This document shows, piece by piece, positions 47,110 through 56,793 of a stretch of 64,000 nucleotides of DNA (position 1 is its first letter; each line of letters begins with the position of its first letter). The notes beneath the pieces were generated by a model. The model was not told where the DNA came from, ran no database searches, and saw only the letters and a list, made by a program, of their open reading frames with translations. The stretch is taken from NCBI GenBank assembly GCA_044229975.1, contig JBGARZ010000006.1, positions 491,890 to 555,889 of the forward strand. Reading direction: 5' to 3'. This DNA is from Polyangiales bacterium. GTDB taxonomy: Bacteria > Myxococcota_A > Polyangia > Polyangiales > Ga0077539. A program made the position numbers and the translations under genes.

Positions 47110-47601
47110 TCACGGCGCGTCGAGCACCCGCACCGTCAGCACCGGAACCCTCGACTGCCGCAGCACCCGCTCGGCCACGCTCCCCATCACCAGGTGCGCC
47201 AGCCCCGAGCGCCCGTGCGTCCCCATCACGATCACGTCGGCCCCGTGCTCGGTCGTCGCCGCGAGAATCGTCGCCACCACCGGCCCCAGCTTGAACACCA
47301 GCTCGACCGCGACATCCCGCGCGTGGGCCAGCGCCCGGTCTTGCTCCATCCACGCGAGCGTCTGCTCTCGGTGGAAATCCTCCAACCGCATCGGGGCGCC
47401 GCCACCCTCGGCGTGCACCCTCGTGTCCGGCGTGAGGCCCGGCAGCAGCTCGGCGACGTGCAGCACCACCACCCGCGCGTCGTGAACCTTCGCGAGGTCA
47501 GCCGCCAGGGCCAGCGCCGCCCGCGACCCCGCGGAAAAGTCCGTCGGCACCAGCATGGTCTTCCACGGAACGCGATGGGCAGGGACGGTGGCTTCGGTCA
47601 T
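47110..47601 (-). CDS. Universal stress protein
   Basis: LVPTDFS, ADVIVMGTHGRSGL..MGSVAERVLR..PVLTV; GGAGGA RBS. Confidence 0.95.
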   Translation of the reverse strand: MTEATVPAHRVPWKTMLVPTDFSAGSRAALALAADLAKVHDARVVVLHVAELLPGLTPDTRVHAEGGGAPMRLEDFHREQTLAWMEQDRALAHARDVAVELVFKLGPVVATILAATTEHGADVIVMGTHGRSGLAHLVMGSVAERVLRQSRVPVLTVRVLDAP

Positions 47602-47695
47602 TGTCGGCTCCTCCAGACAAGCGGTACAGCCGAGTACTCTGCCCGTTGCGCGAGCGGACGTCACGTTATGAGGGCGGTTGTGTAGAGTCTCCGCC

Positions 47696-48589
47696 GTGAT
47701 CGACTACGAACCCCACCGCTGGCGCGACCATTTCTTCGACGCCCGGGGCTCCATGGCCCGGGCCATCGGCTTCCGCGCGCTGGTGTGCGCCGGCTCCGCC
47801 GCCTTCGTCACGCTCGTGCACTACCGCTGGCACGAGTTCGAGTCGACGGAGAAGGTGCACGCCCTCATCGGCACCTCCCTCAGCCTCCTGCTGGTGTTTC
47901 GCACCAACGCCTCGTACGACCGCTTCTGGGAGGCCCGCAAGCTCTGGGGCTCCATCGTCAACGAGTCGCGCAACCTCGCCCGCTCGTCGTCGGTGCTCTT
48001 CGCCGCCGACCCCGCCCTCGTCGCCCGCATCATCCGCCTGGGCATCGCGTTTCCGTACGCCTGCATGAGCGCCCTGCGCGGCAAGCGCGGCCTCGGCCCC
48101 ATCGCCGCCGAGCTCGACCCCGCCGACGCCGCGCTCTGCGACGCCCAGCACGCGCCGCTCGCCATCGCCACGGCCATCTCGCGCAACATCGCCGAGGGCC
48201 AGCGTCGCGGGCTCATCACCGACGTCCAGCAGAACATCATCGACCAGAACTCCCAGATCCTCATCGACTGCATCGGCGCCTGCGAGCGCATCAAGCGCAC
48301 GCCGCTGCCCTTCGCGTACGTCGTCCACCTGCGCCGCGCGCTCTCGGTCTACTGCGGCACCCTGCCGATGGCCCTCGTCGAGAGCTTCGGCTGGCTCACG
48401 GTTCCGGTGACCTTCCTCGTGGCGTACATCCTCCTCGGCATCGAAGAGATCGGCGTGGAGATCGAGGAGCCCTTCGGCACCGACGACAACGACCTCCCCC
48501 TCGACCGCTTCTGCACCACCATCGAACAAAACCTTCGCGCGATGATCCCCGGCGCGCCGACGTGCGACGCCCCTGAGGTGACCCCATGA
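47696..48589 (+). CDS. Bestrophin-family (YneE-like) channel
   Basis: LLVFRTNASYDRFWEARKLWG, CERIKRTPLPFAY, IGVEIEEPFGTDDNDLPLD. Confidence 0.95.
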   Translation: MIDYEPHRWRDHFFDARGSMARAIGFRALVCAGSAAFVTLVHYRWHEFESTEKVHALIGTSLSLLLVFRTNASYDRFWEARKLWGSIVNESRNLARSSSVLFAADPALVARIIRLGIAFPYACMSALRGKRGLGPIAAELDPADAALCDAQHAPLAIATAISRNIAEGQRRGLITDVQQNIIDQNSQILIDCIGACERIKRTPLPFAYVVHLRRALSVYCGTLPMALVESFGWLTVPVTFLVAYILLGIEEIGVEIEEPFGTDDNDLPLDRFCTTIEQNLRAMIPGAPTCDAPEVTP

Positions 48590-49221
48590 CCGACTCCCTC
48601 CTCGACGGCCACGGCCTCTTCCAGAAGCGCTACTTCCACGAGCGCGAGTACCTCCGCAAGCTGGCCCGCGACGGCCAGCGCCCGAGCGCCCTCTTCATCG
48701 GCTGCTCGGACTCCCGCGTGGTGCCCGAGTACCTCACCAACGCGGGCTTCGGTGAGTTGTTCGTGCTGCGCAACATCGCCAACTTCGTCCCGACGCTCGA
48801 CCACACCGACGCCAGCGTCGGCGCCGCCGTGGACTACGCGCTCGGCCACCTCGAAGTGCCCGACATCATCGTGTGCGGGCACTACGGCTGCGGCGGCGTG
48901 AAGGCCGCGCTCGGCGACCTCTCGCCGCTCAAGGCGAAGGAGCCATCGCTCCACGAGTGGCTGGAAGGCGTCGCTCCGGCCGCGCGCCGCGGCCTCGTGG
49001 AGGGCGCCGACGAGGAGGCCGTCTGGCGCCGCGGCGTCGACGAAAACGTCATCCAGGCGCTGGAGAACCTCATCACCTACGACGTGGTACGCGAGAAGCT
49101 GGAGGCCGGCACGGTGCACCTCCACGGGTGGATCTACGACCTCTACCAGACGCGCATCCAGGTGCTCGACGCCGAGTCGGGGCGCTTCGTCGACGCCAAC
49201 GAAATCCAGCGCGGTGGCTGA
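48586..49221 (+). CDS. Beta-class carbonic anhydrase
   Basis: GQRP, GCSDSRV, GELFVLRNIAN, CGHYGCGG, HGWIYD. Confidence 0.95.
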   Translation: MTDSLLDGHGLFQKRYFHEREYLRKLARDGQRPSALFIGCSDSRVVPEYLTNAGFGELFVLRNIANFVPTLDHTDASVGAAVDYALGHLEVPDIIVCGHYGCGGVKAALGDLSPLKAKEPSLHEWLEGVAPAARRGLVEGADEEAVWRRGVDENVIQALENLITYDVVREKLEAGTVHLHGWIYDLYQTRIQVLDAESGRFVDANEIQRGG

Positions 49222-49735
49222 ACCCTTCGACACCTTCGCGCCGGGCGACGGCGGTCGCTACCGCGAGCTCGCGCGACGCTGGGCGGCCAGCGTCACCGTG
49301 GTCACCGTGCGCCCGGACGACCCCGCGCGGCCCGATGACGGCTTCACGGCGACGGCGTTTCTGACCGTGTCCATGGAGCCGCCCATCGTGCTGGTGTCGG
49401 CGTCCAACGCGTCGAGCGCCGCCTCGATGCTGCGCGGCGCCCGGGCCTTCGCGGTCAACCTCCTGGCCTTCGATCAGCGCCCGCTCGCCGACGCCTTCGC
49501 GCTCCCCCACGAGCACCGCGTCTTCGCCTGGAACGACCTCCCCCTCGCGCGCGACCACGCCGGCGTGGCGCTGCTCGCCGGCTCGCTCGGGGCGTTTTCC
49601 GCGACGGTGCGATCGCTCGTCGACGCGGGCGACCACACGCTGGTTCTGGGTGACGTGACGGCGCTGCACCTCGGCGCCGACGGCGAACCGCTCGTCTACC
49701 ACGACCGCGCCTACGGCTCCGTCGAGTCGGGCTGA
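49214..49735 (+). CDS. Flavin reductase-like protein
   Basis: GFTATAF.TVSMEPP, FAVNLL, DAGDHTLVLG, PLVYH. Confidence 0.9.
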   Translation: MAEPFDTFAPGDGGRYRELARRWAASVTVVTVRPDDPARPDDGFTATAFLTVSMEPPIVLVSASNASSAASMLRGARAFAVNLLAFDQRPLADAFALPHEHRVFAWNDLPLARDHAGVALLAGSLGAFSATVRSLVDAGDHTLVLGDVTALHLGADGEPLVYHDRAYGSVESG

Positions 49736-49754
49736 AGGCCCGCGACTACCTCAT

Positions 49755-49909
49755 CGCAGGAGTTCTGACGGGTTGAAAGCCGCAAGGGCGCAAGGGTCGC
49801 AAGGACGAGATGAGATGAGGTGTTGGTGAGGTGTTGGTGAGGCGCTCTGTTCGTTCCTCCCTTGCGACCCTGGCGCCCTTGCGGCTTTCAATCCGTCAGA
49901 ATTCCTGTG
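49755..49909. repeat. Palindromic intergenic element with ~50-bp arms, related to 21389-21553
   Basis: Arms 49755-49804 and 49860-49909 (4 mismatches) share GCCGCAAGG.CGC.AGGGTCGCAAGG; loop has GAGAT and GAGGTGTTGGT tandem repeats. Confidence 0.9.
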
Positions 49910-49917
49910 GAGAGGCG

Positions 49918-51396
49918 CTACGAGCGCTTCACCCCTCGCAGCCACCCATCTACCCGCTCGGCCGCGCGTCGCCCCTCGGCGATGGCCCACACCACCAGCG
50001 ACGCCCCGCGCCGCATGTCGCCCGCCACGAACACCCCCGGCACCGTCGTCGCGTGGTCGTCCGCCAGCACGTTGCCGCGCGCGTCCATCGCCACGTCCAA
50101 CTGACCCAGCAGCCCTTCGCGCGCCGATCCCACGAAGCCCATCGCCAGCAGCAGCAGGTCGCACGCAATCTCGTGCTCGCTGCCCGGGATCTCTCGCAAC
50201 GACCCGTTCGTCACCTCGACCCGCACCACCTCCAGCGCCTCGACCCGCCCGTGCGCGTCACCACGCACCCGCTTCGTCATCACGCCGAAGTCCCGTTGCC
50301 CGCCCTCTTCGTGCGAGCTCGATGTGCGAAACACCATCGGCCACGCGGGCCACGCGTTGCCCGCCGCCCGCTCGTCCGGCGCGCGCGGCATCAGCTCCAA
50401 TGACGTGACGCTCTTCGCACCCTGGCGCACCGACGTCCCGACGCAGTCCGACCCGGTGTCGCCGCCGCCCAGCACCACCACCCGCCGCCCCGTCGCCAGC
50501 ACCGCCTCGCGGTCCGGAACCATGTCCCCCGCCACGCGCCGGTTCTGCTGCGTGAGAAACACCATCGCCGGCACCACGCCCTCCAGCCCGGCGCCCTCCA
50601 CCGTGAGCCCGCGCGCCACCATCGCGCCGCCGCACAGCACCACTGCGTCGTGCGTCGCCCGTAGCGTCTCACCCGCCACGTCCTCACCCACCCTCACGCC
50701 CGTGCGAAACACCACGCCCTCTTCGCGCATCTGCCGCACCCGCTCGTCCAGGCCCGCCTTCTCCAGCTTGAAGTCGGGGATCCCGTAGCGAAGCAATCCG
50801 CCCACCCGATCGTCGCGCTCGAAGACCGTCACCTCGTGACCGCGACGCGCCAGCTGCTGCGCGCACGCCAGGCCCGCCGGCCCCGAACCCACCACCGCCA
50901 CGCGCCGCCCGCTGCGCACCGCCGACACCCGCGGCTCCAGCGCGCTGCCGTCCGCCATCGCGCGGTCGGCCACCTCGCGCTCCACCGACTTGATGGTCAC
51001 CGCGCCCGGCTCGACGCGTCCGCCGTTGGCGTTCGGGATGCTCCCCAAGGCCAGAACGCAGCTCCCCTCGCACGGCGCCGGGCACACCCGCCCGGTCACT
51101 TCAGGGAAGTTGTTGGTCGAATGAAGCTCCGCCGACGCCTCCTCCCAGCGCCCGCGCATCACCAGATCATTGAAGTCGGGAATGAGATTGCCCAATGGAC
51201 AACCGGTCTTCACCTCCGGCGCCACACCCCCCATGCAAAACGGAACGCCACAATCCATGCACCGCGCCGCCTGCTCGCGCAGCCCCGCCTCGGGCGGTGC
51301 GAGTTCGAGCTCGCGCCAGTCGTGCACCCGCTCCGCCACCGGCCGCGACTCACCCTTGGCGCGACGAATCTCCAGAAACCCTCTCGGCTTTCCCAC
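49918..51396 (-). CDS. gltD: Glutamate synthase small subunit
   Basis: MGKPRGF, ARCMDCGVPFC, GRVCPAPCE, GSGPAGL, GGGDTGSDC, GDMRRGASLVVWAIAEGR. Confidence 0.97.
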   Translation of the reverse strand: MGKPRGFLEIRRAKGESRPVAERVHDWRELELAPPEAGLREQAARCMDCGVPFCMGGVAPEVKTGCPLGNLIPDFNDLVMRGRWEEASAELHSTNNFPEVTGRVCPAPCEGSCVLALGSIPNANGGRVEPGAVTIKSVEREVADRAMADGSALEPRVSAVRSGRRVAVVGSGPAGLACAQQLARRGHEVTVFERDDRVGGLLRYGIPDFKLEKAGLDERVRQMREEGVVFRTGVRVGEDVAGETLRATHDAVVLCGGAMVARGLTVEGAGLEGVVPAMVFLTQQNRRVAGDMVPDREAVLATGRRVVVLGGGDTGSDCVGTSVRQGAKSVTSLELMPRAPDERAAGNAWPAWPMVFRTSSSHEEGGQRDFGVMTKRVRGDAHGRVEALEVVRVEVTNGSLREIPGSEHEIACDLLLLAMGFVGSAREGLLGQLDVAMDARGNVLADDHATTVPGVFVAGDMRRGASLVVWAIAEGRRAAERVDGWLRGVKRS

Positions 51397-54300
51397 TACG
51401 CCCTCGCCTCGACCGCCGCCGCGCCTTCGGTCCGTGCCCGCTGCGCCGCCAGCGCCTTGCGCAGCTCTTCAGGCATCACCTTCACGAACAACGTCATCGA
51501 CTCCGTCCAGCGTGCGAGCAGCGCCTTCGCCTTCGGGCTCCCGGTGCGCCGCGCGTGCTCCTCCACCAGTGCGTGCAGCGCCAGCGCGTCGTCAGCATCC
51601 GGCGCCTCGATGGTCACCGTGTCCGTGTTGCACCGCGCCGCGAACACGCCCTCTTCATTGAACACGTACGCCACGCCGCCGCTCATCCCCGCGCCGAAGT
51701 TGCGGCCCGTCGAGCCGAGGACCACGACGGTTCCGCCCGTCATGTACTCGCAGCCGTGGTCGCCGACGCCCTCCACCACCGCCGCCGCGCCGCTGTTGCG
51801 AACCGCGAAGCGCTCGCCCGCACGACCGTTGAAAAACGCCTTCCCCTTCGTCGCGCCGTACAACACGGTGTTGCCGACGATGACCTGTTCCTCTGGAGGA
51901 AAGGTGCTCACTTCGGGAGGGCGTATCGCCAGCACCGCGCCCGACAGTCCCTTGCCGACATAGTCGTTGGCGTCTCCCTTGAGCAGCAGCGTCAGCCCCG
52001 GCGCGCCAAACGCACCAAACGACTGCCCCGCGCTCCCGTGCGCGCCGATGGTCAGCGTGTCGTCGGCGAGACCCGCCTCGCCGTGGCGCCGCGCGATCTC
52101 TCCCGACAACATCGCGCCGAAGGCACGGTCGCTGTTGCGGATGCTGGTCTCCAGGGTCATCCGCTCACCGCGCTCCAACGCCGCGGCGGCCTTCGGGGCG
52201 AGCGCGCGGTCGAGCACGGCGTCGAGGTCGTGCGCCAATGGCTCTACGCAGCGGAGCGGGCTCGTGAGCGCCTCCTTCGGGCGATAGAGCACCTCGCTGA
52301 AGTCGAGGCGGCGCGCCTTCCACCAACCGCCCACCGGGTCGCCCTCGGGGCGCTTCGGCGCGATGCAGTCGGTGCGACCCACGGCCTCATCCAACGAACG
52401 GAAGCCCAGCGAAGCGAGCAGCCCGCGCACCTCTTCGGCGACGTAGAAGAAGTAGCGGATGACGTCCTCGGGCGCGCCCGCGAAGCGCTTGCGAAGCTCG
52501 GGGTCTTGCGTCGCGATGCCGACGGGGCAGGTGTTGAGGTGACACTTGCGCATCATCAGACAACCCATCGCCACGAGCGGCCCGGTGCTGAACCCGAACT
52601 CCTCCGCGCCCAGCAGCGCGCCGATGACCACGTCGCGCCCGGTGCGCAACTGACCGTCCACCTGCAGGCGCACCCGACCGCGCAGCCCGTTGAGCACCAG
52701 CACCTGCTGCGCCTCGGCGAGGCCGAGCTCCCACGGAGTGCCCGCGTGGTGGATGGAGGTGAGCGGCGCGGCGCCCGTTCCGCCGTCGTGACCCGAGATG
52801 AGGATCACGTCGGCCAGCGCCTTCGCCACGCCCGCGGCGACGGTACCGACGCCCGCCTCGGAGACGAGCTTCACGCTGATGCGCGCGTGGGGGTTCACGT
52901 TGCGCAGGTCGAAGATGAGCTGCGCGAGGTCTTCGATCGAGTAGATGTCGTGGTGCGGCGGCGGCGAGATGAGCGTCACGCCCGGCGTCGAGTGGCGCAC
53001 CCGCGCGATGACCGCGTCGACCTTGTGCCCCGGGAGCTGACCGCCCTCGCCGGGCTTGGCCCCCTGCGCCATCTTGATCTGGATCTCGTCGGCGTTGACC
53101 AGGTAGTGCGCCGTCACGCCGAAGCGACCCGACGCCACCTGCTTGATCGCCGACCGCTTCGAATCCCCGTTGGGAAGTCGATTGAAGCGCTCCGGGTCTT
53201 CGCCGCCCTCACCCGTGTTGGACCGCGCGCCGATGCGGTTCATCGCCACGGCCAGCGTCTCGTGGGCCTCCTTCGAGATCGATCCGAAGCTCATCGCCCC
53301 GGTCGCGAAGCGCCGCACGATGCCCGCCGCGGGCTCCACTTCATCAATGGACACCGGCGCGTTGCCCGATGGCGCCATGAGGTCCCAACCGCCGCGCAGC
53401 GTGAGCAGCCGCGAGCCCTGCTCGTTGATCTCCTTGGCCCAGTGCGCGTACGCCTCGGCCCCGTCTTCGTCGCGCACCGCCTGCTGCAAGCCCGCGATGG
53501 TCGACGGCCGCCACAGGTGCGCCTCGCCCTGCGTTCGCAGGTGGATGAACCCGCCCACGTCGAGCCTCGTCGCGGGGTGCGTTCCGTAGGCGCGGTCGTG
53601 ACGGGCGAGCGCCTCGCGGGCGATCTCGTCGAGGCCGACGCCGCGGATGCGCGAGGTGGTTCCGGTGAAGTACCGATCGATGACGGCCTGGTCGACGCCG
53701 ACGGCCTCGAAGATCTGCGCGCCCTGGTACGACGACACGGCGCTGATGCCCATCTTGGACATCACCTTCTGGAGCCCCTTCACCAGGGCCTTCACGTAGT
53801 ACTTCTGCGCGTGCTCGGCGTCGCCCGTGACAGCGCCGCTGCGCGCGAGCTCGGCCACCGTCTCCAGCGCGAGGTAGGGGTTCACCGCGCCCGCGCCGAA
53901 GCCCATCAGCAGCGCGAGGTGCGTGACCTCCCGCGGCTCGGCCGACTCCACCACGAGGCCCGCCTTCATGCGCTGCCCCGTGCGGATGAGGTCGTGGTGC
54001 ACCGCGCCCAGCGCGAGCAGCGAGGGGATCGCGACGTGCCCCGGACCCACATCGCGGTCCGACAGGATCACCACGCTCGCTCCTGCCTTCACGGCAGCCC
54101 GAGCCTCGCGGCAGAGCGCGTCGAGGGCCTCGCGCAGCCGCTCACCCGCCGTGCGCGCGTCGTCCTGCGGCGGGCGGGCGAAGCGCATCGCCACGGTGCA
54201 GGTGCGGAAGTCTGCGGGGACGCTCCGCCGCAGCTTGGCGAGGTCTTCGTTGGTGAGCACCGGGTGCCTGAGCTGGAGCATCCGGCACTGCTGCGGCGTC

Positions 54301-55943
54301 TCGTCGAGGAGGTTTCCCTCACCGCCGACGGAGCTCGTCATCGACATCACCACCGCCTCGCGGATCGGGTCGATGGGCGGATTGGTCACCTGCGCGAACT
54401 GCTGCTTGAAGTACCGGAACAAGCTCTGCGGGCGCTCGGAGAGCACGGCCAGCGGCGCGTCGACGCCCATCGACCCGGTCGCCTCTTCGCCCGTGTTGGC
54501 CATCGGCGGCAGCACGCGCGCGATGTCTTCTTCGGTGTACCCGAACACCTGATGCAACCGCGGGAGGTCGTCCGCCGAGAGCGTGTACGCCACGCGCGCC
54601 GGGGGCAGCTCGTCGAGGTCGATGCGGTTCTCGGCCAGCCACGCGCGGTACGGCTGGCGCGTCGCCACGCGGTGCTTCACCTCCTCGTCGCGCAGCACCC
54701 GACCCTCGCGCGTGTCCACCAGGAACATCCTCCCCGGCTTCACCCTCCCCTTCCGTACGACCGTCGCCGGGTCGAGCGGCAGCACCCCGAGCTCGCTCGC
54801 GAGCACCACGAGCCCGTCGCTGGTGATGGCCCACTTCGCCGGGCGCAGCCCGTTGCGGTCGAGCATCGCGCCGACGAGATCACCATCGGAGAAGGCCAGC
54901 GCCGCCGGGCCGTCCCACGGCTCGATGAGGCACGCGTGGTAGTCGTAGAACGCCCGCCGCTCGGGCGACATGCTCTCGTCGCCGCAGGCCTCGGGCACGA
55001 GCATCATCATCACGTGGGCGAGGCTGCGGCCGCTCGCGACGAGGAAGTCGACGACGTTGTCGAGCGACGCGCTGTCCGACCCGCTCGATCGGATGATGGG
55101 CTTGAAGTCCTCGATGGCCTCGCCGAAGTGGGGGCTGTCGAGCAGCGCTTCGCGGGCGCGCATCCAGGCGCGATTACCGTTGAGGGTATTGATCTCGCCG
55201 TTGTGCGCGAGGTAGCGAAACGGGTGGGCGCGCTCCCAGCTCGGGAAGGTGTTGGTGCTGAAGCGCGAGTGCACCACCGCGAGGCGCGACACCGTGCGCG
55301 GGTCGACGAGGTCGGGGTAGAAGGCCCCGAGCTGCTCGGCGAGCATGAGGCCCTTGTAGACGACGGTTCGTGACGAGCACGAGCACACGTAGAAGTCGTC
55401 GCCGCCGAGGGTGACGCTGGCCGTGCGACCGGCGCGCTTGCGGACCATGAAGAGCGTTCGCTCGAAGACGGCGCGCGGACCTTCGCGGCCGATGAAGAGC
55501 TGCCGGATGGCCGGCATGACGTCGCGAGCCATCGGGCCGATGGCGCTCGCGTCGGTGGGGACGTCGCGCCAGCCGAGCACGCGCTGACCGTGGTGTTCGA
55601 CGGCGGTTTCGAGGATGGCCTCCATGCGCCGTCGACGTGCGGGGTCGGGCGAGAGGAAGCACATCGCGACGGCGTAGTCGCCGGGCTCGGGGAGGCGCAC
55701 GCTCTGGCGCGCCATCTCCTCGGCGAAGTACCCGTGAGGGATCTGGAGCATCACCCCGGCGCCGTCGCCGGTGCACGGATCACATCCCGCGGCGCCCCGA
55801 TGGGTGAGCCGCGCGAGGATCTCCAACCCCTGCGTGACGGTGTCGTGCGTGGCTCGACGATCGAGCCGTGCGACGAAGCCGAGACCGCAGGCGTCGTGCT
55901 CGTGGTTGGGGTCGTAGAGCCCTTGCGCTGGAGGGAGTGGCAT
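51396..55943 (-). CDS. gltB: Glutamate synthase large subunit
   Basis: HDACG, HSRFSTNTFPSW, HNGEIN, GAMSFGS, IKQVASGRFGV, GAKPGEGGQLPG, CHLNTCPVG, GXGXG domain. Confidence 0.98.
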   Translation of the reverse strand: MPLPPAQGLYDPNHEHDACGLGFVARLDRRATHDTVTQGLEILARLTHRGAAGCDPCTGDGAGVMLQIPHGYFAEEMARQSVRLPEPGDYAVAMCFLSPDPARRRRMEAILETAVEHHGQRVLGWRDVPTDASAIGPMARDVMPAIRQLFIGREGPRAVFERTLFMVRKRAGRTASVTLGGDDFYVCSCSSRTVVYKGLMLAEQLGAFYPDLVDPRTVSRLAVVHSRFSTNTFPSWERAHPFRYLAHNGEINTLNGNRAWMRAREALLDSPHFGEAIEDFKPIIRSSGSDSASLDNVVDFLVASGRSLAHVMMMLVPEACGDESMSPERRAFYDYHACLIEPWDGPAALAFSDGDLVGAMLDRNGLRPAKWAITSDGLVVLASELGVLPLDPATVVRKGRVKPGRMFLVDTREGRVLRDEEVKHRVATRQPYRAWLAENRIDLDELPPARVAYTLSADDLPRLHQVFGYTEEDIARVLPPMANTGEEATGSMGVDAPLAVLSERPQSLFRYFKQQFAQVTNPPIDPIREAVVMSMTSSVGGEGNLLDETPQQCRMLQLRHPVLTNEDLAKLRRSVPADFRTCTVAMRFARPPQDDARTAGERLREALDALCREARAAVKAGASVVILSDRDVGPGHVAIPSLLALGAVHHDLIRTGQRMKAGLVVESAEPREVTHLALLMGFGAGAVNPYLALETVAELARSGAVTGDAEHAQKYYVKALVKGLQKVMSKMGISAVSSYQGAQIFEAVGVDQAVIDRYFTGTTSRIRGVGLDEIAREALARHDRAYGTHPATRLDVGGFIHLRTQGEAHLWRPSTIAGLQQAVRDEDGAEAYAHWAKEINEQGSRLLTLRGGWDLMAPSGNAPVSIDEVEPAAGIVRRFATGAMSFGSISKEAHETLAVAMNRIGARSNTGEGGEDPERFNRLPNGDSKRSAIKQVASGRFGVTAHYLVNADEIQIKMAQGAKPGEGGQLPGHKVDAVIARVRHSTPGVTLISPPPHHDIYSIEDLAQLIFDLRNVNPHARISVKLVSEAGVGTVAAGVAKALADVILISGHDGGTGAAPLTSIHHAGTPWELGLAEAQQVLVLNGLRGRVRLQVDGQLRTGRDVVIGALLGAEEFGFSTGPLVAMGCLMMRKCHLNTCPVGIATQDPELRKRFAGAPEDVIRYFFYVAEEVRGLLASLGFRSLDEAVGRTDCIAPKRPEGDPVGGWWKARRLDFSEVLYRPKEALTSPLRCVEPLAHDLDAVLDRALAPKAAAALERGERMTLETSIRNSDRAFGAMLSGEIARRHGEAGLADDTLTIGAHGSAGQSFGAFGAPGLTLLLKGDANDYVGKGLSGAVLAIRPPEVSTFPPEEQVIVGNTVLYGATKGKAFFNGRAGERFAVRNSGAAAVVEGVGDHGCEYMTGGTVVVLGSTGRNFGAGMSGGVAYVFNEEGVFAARCNTDTVTIEAPDADDALALHALVEEHARRTGSPKAKALLARWTESMTLFVKVMPEELRKALAAQRARTEGAAAVEARA

Positions 55944-56012
55944 TGACGCGGCGCATGATAAGCGGATGACGCGCCGTGGCGGAAGTGCCCGCCGTGCGAA
56001 CAGTGCCGACGA

Positions 56013-56570
56013 TCAGAACGGGATGTCGTCGTTGTCCGTGGCGTCGCCGAAGTCGTTCATCGGCTGGCGACCGTAGCTCGGGGCGGGCGCGGGTGCGGGG
56101 CGACGAGCGCTGGCGCTGGGCGCGGCGGCGCGCGCGCGGGGCGGTGGGCTCATCACGTCGTCATGGCCACCGCCACTGTTCTGACCGCGGAGGCGGGCGG
56201 ACCAGGCGCGGGCGCGGGCCGCGTCGAGGCGGCTCCACTTCGACTTCGGGCCGCCATTCTTGTCCACGGCGTTCTGCTCGTCGTCGCGCTGGGCGAACCA
56301 GTCGTACGCGTCGGCCAGCATGTCGAGGAACTCCGGCTCGCTCGCCGAGAAGGTGCGGCCCTTGTGGTCGGCGCCGGTCCAGCGCTTGGGGACGAAGCGC
56401 ACCTCGGGGTCGCCGCGCGGCCCGTCGATGTCGGCCTCGATGTCCTGACCGCCGCCCCCGTTGTTGGCGGAAGCCATCCGGGCGCCGCCGCCGCCCGAGC
56501 TCTTCAGCGCGGAGAGGATGGCGTCCAACTTCTGTTCGAGGCGGTCGAGACGATCTTCGATGTTGCTCAT
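56013..56570 (-). CDS. Hypothetical 185-aa protein ending in the SSB-like acidic tail DNDDIPF
   Basis: GGAG RBS; N-terminal coiled coil, compact W/D-rich domain, G/P/A linker, C-terminal DFGDATDNDDIPF. Confidence 0.85.
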   Translation of the reverse strand: MSNIEDRLDRLEQKLDAILSALKSSGGGGARMASANNGGGGQDIEADIDGPRGDPEVRFVPKRWTGADHKGRTFSASEPEFLDMLADAYDWFAQRDDEQNAVDKNGGPKSKWSRLDAARARAWSARLRGQNSGGGHDDVMSPPPRARAAAPSASARRPAPAPAPSYGRQPMNDFGDATDNDDIPF

Positions 56571-56793
56571 GGGTCGTGGTTGCTCCGTTGAGCGTCGTGC
56601 ATGGACGACGCGTGGTTGACGGACCCACGGTGCGACACCCCGAGCGAGAACGCCACTACTTGTCTGACATACCCTGTCACCGAAAAAATGACGCGAATTC
56701 GAGGCTCGGAGGGGCTGAACCGCGAGTGAGCGATGTCCCACGCCCGGGAGACTACGCCCCCCATCGCGTCCGCGCGTGTATGGTCCGCGCCCG

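Noticed and set aside
51195..55373. 1392-aa plus-strand ORF
   Set aside because: Antisense shadow of gltB.
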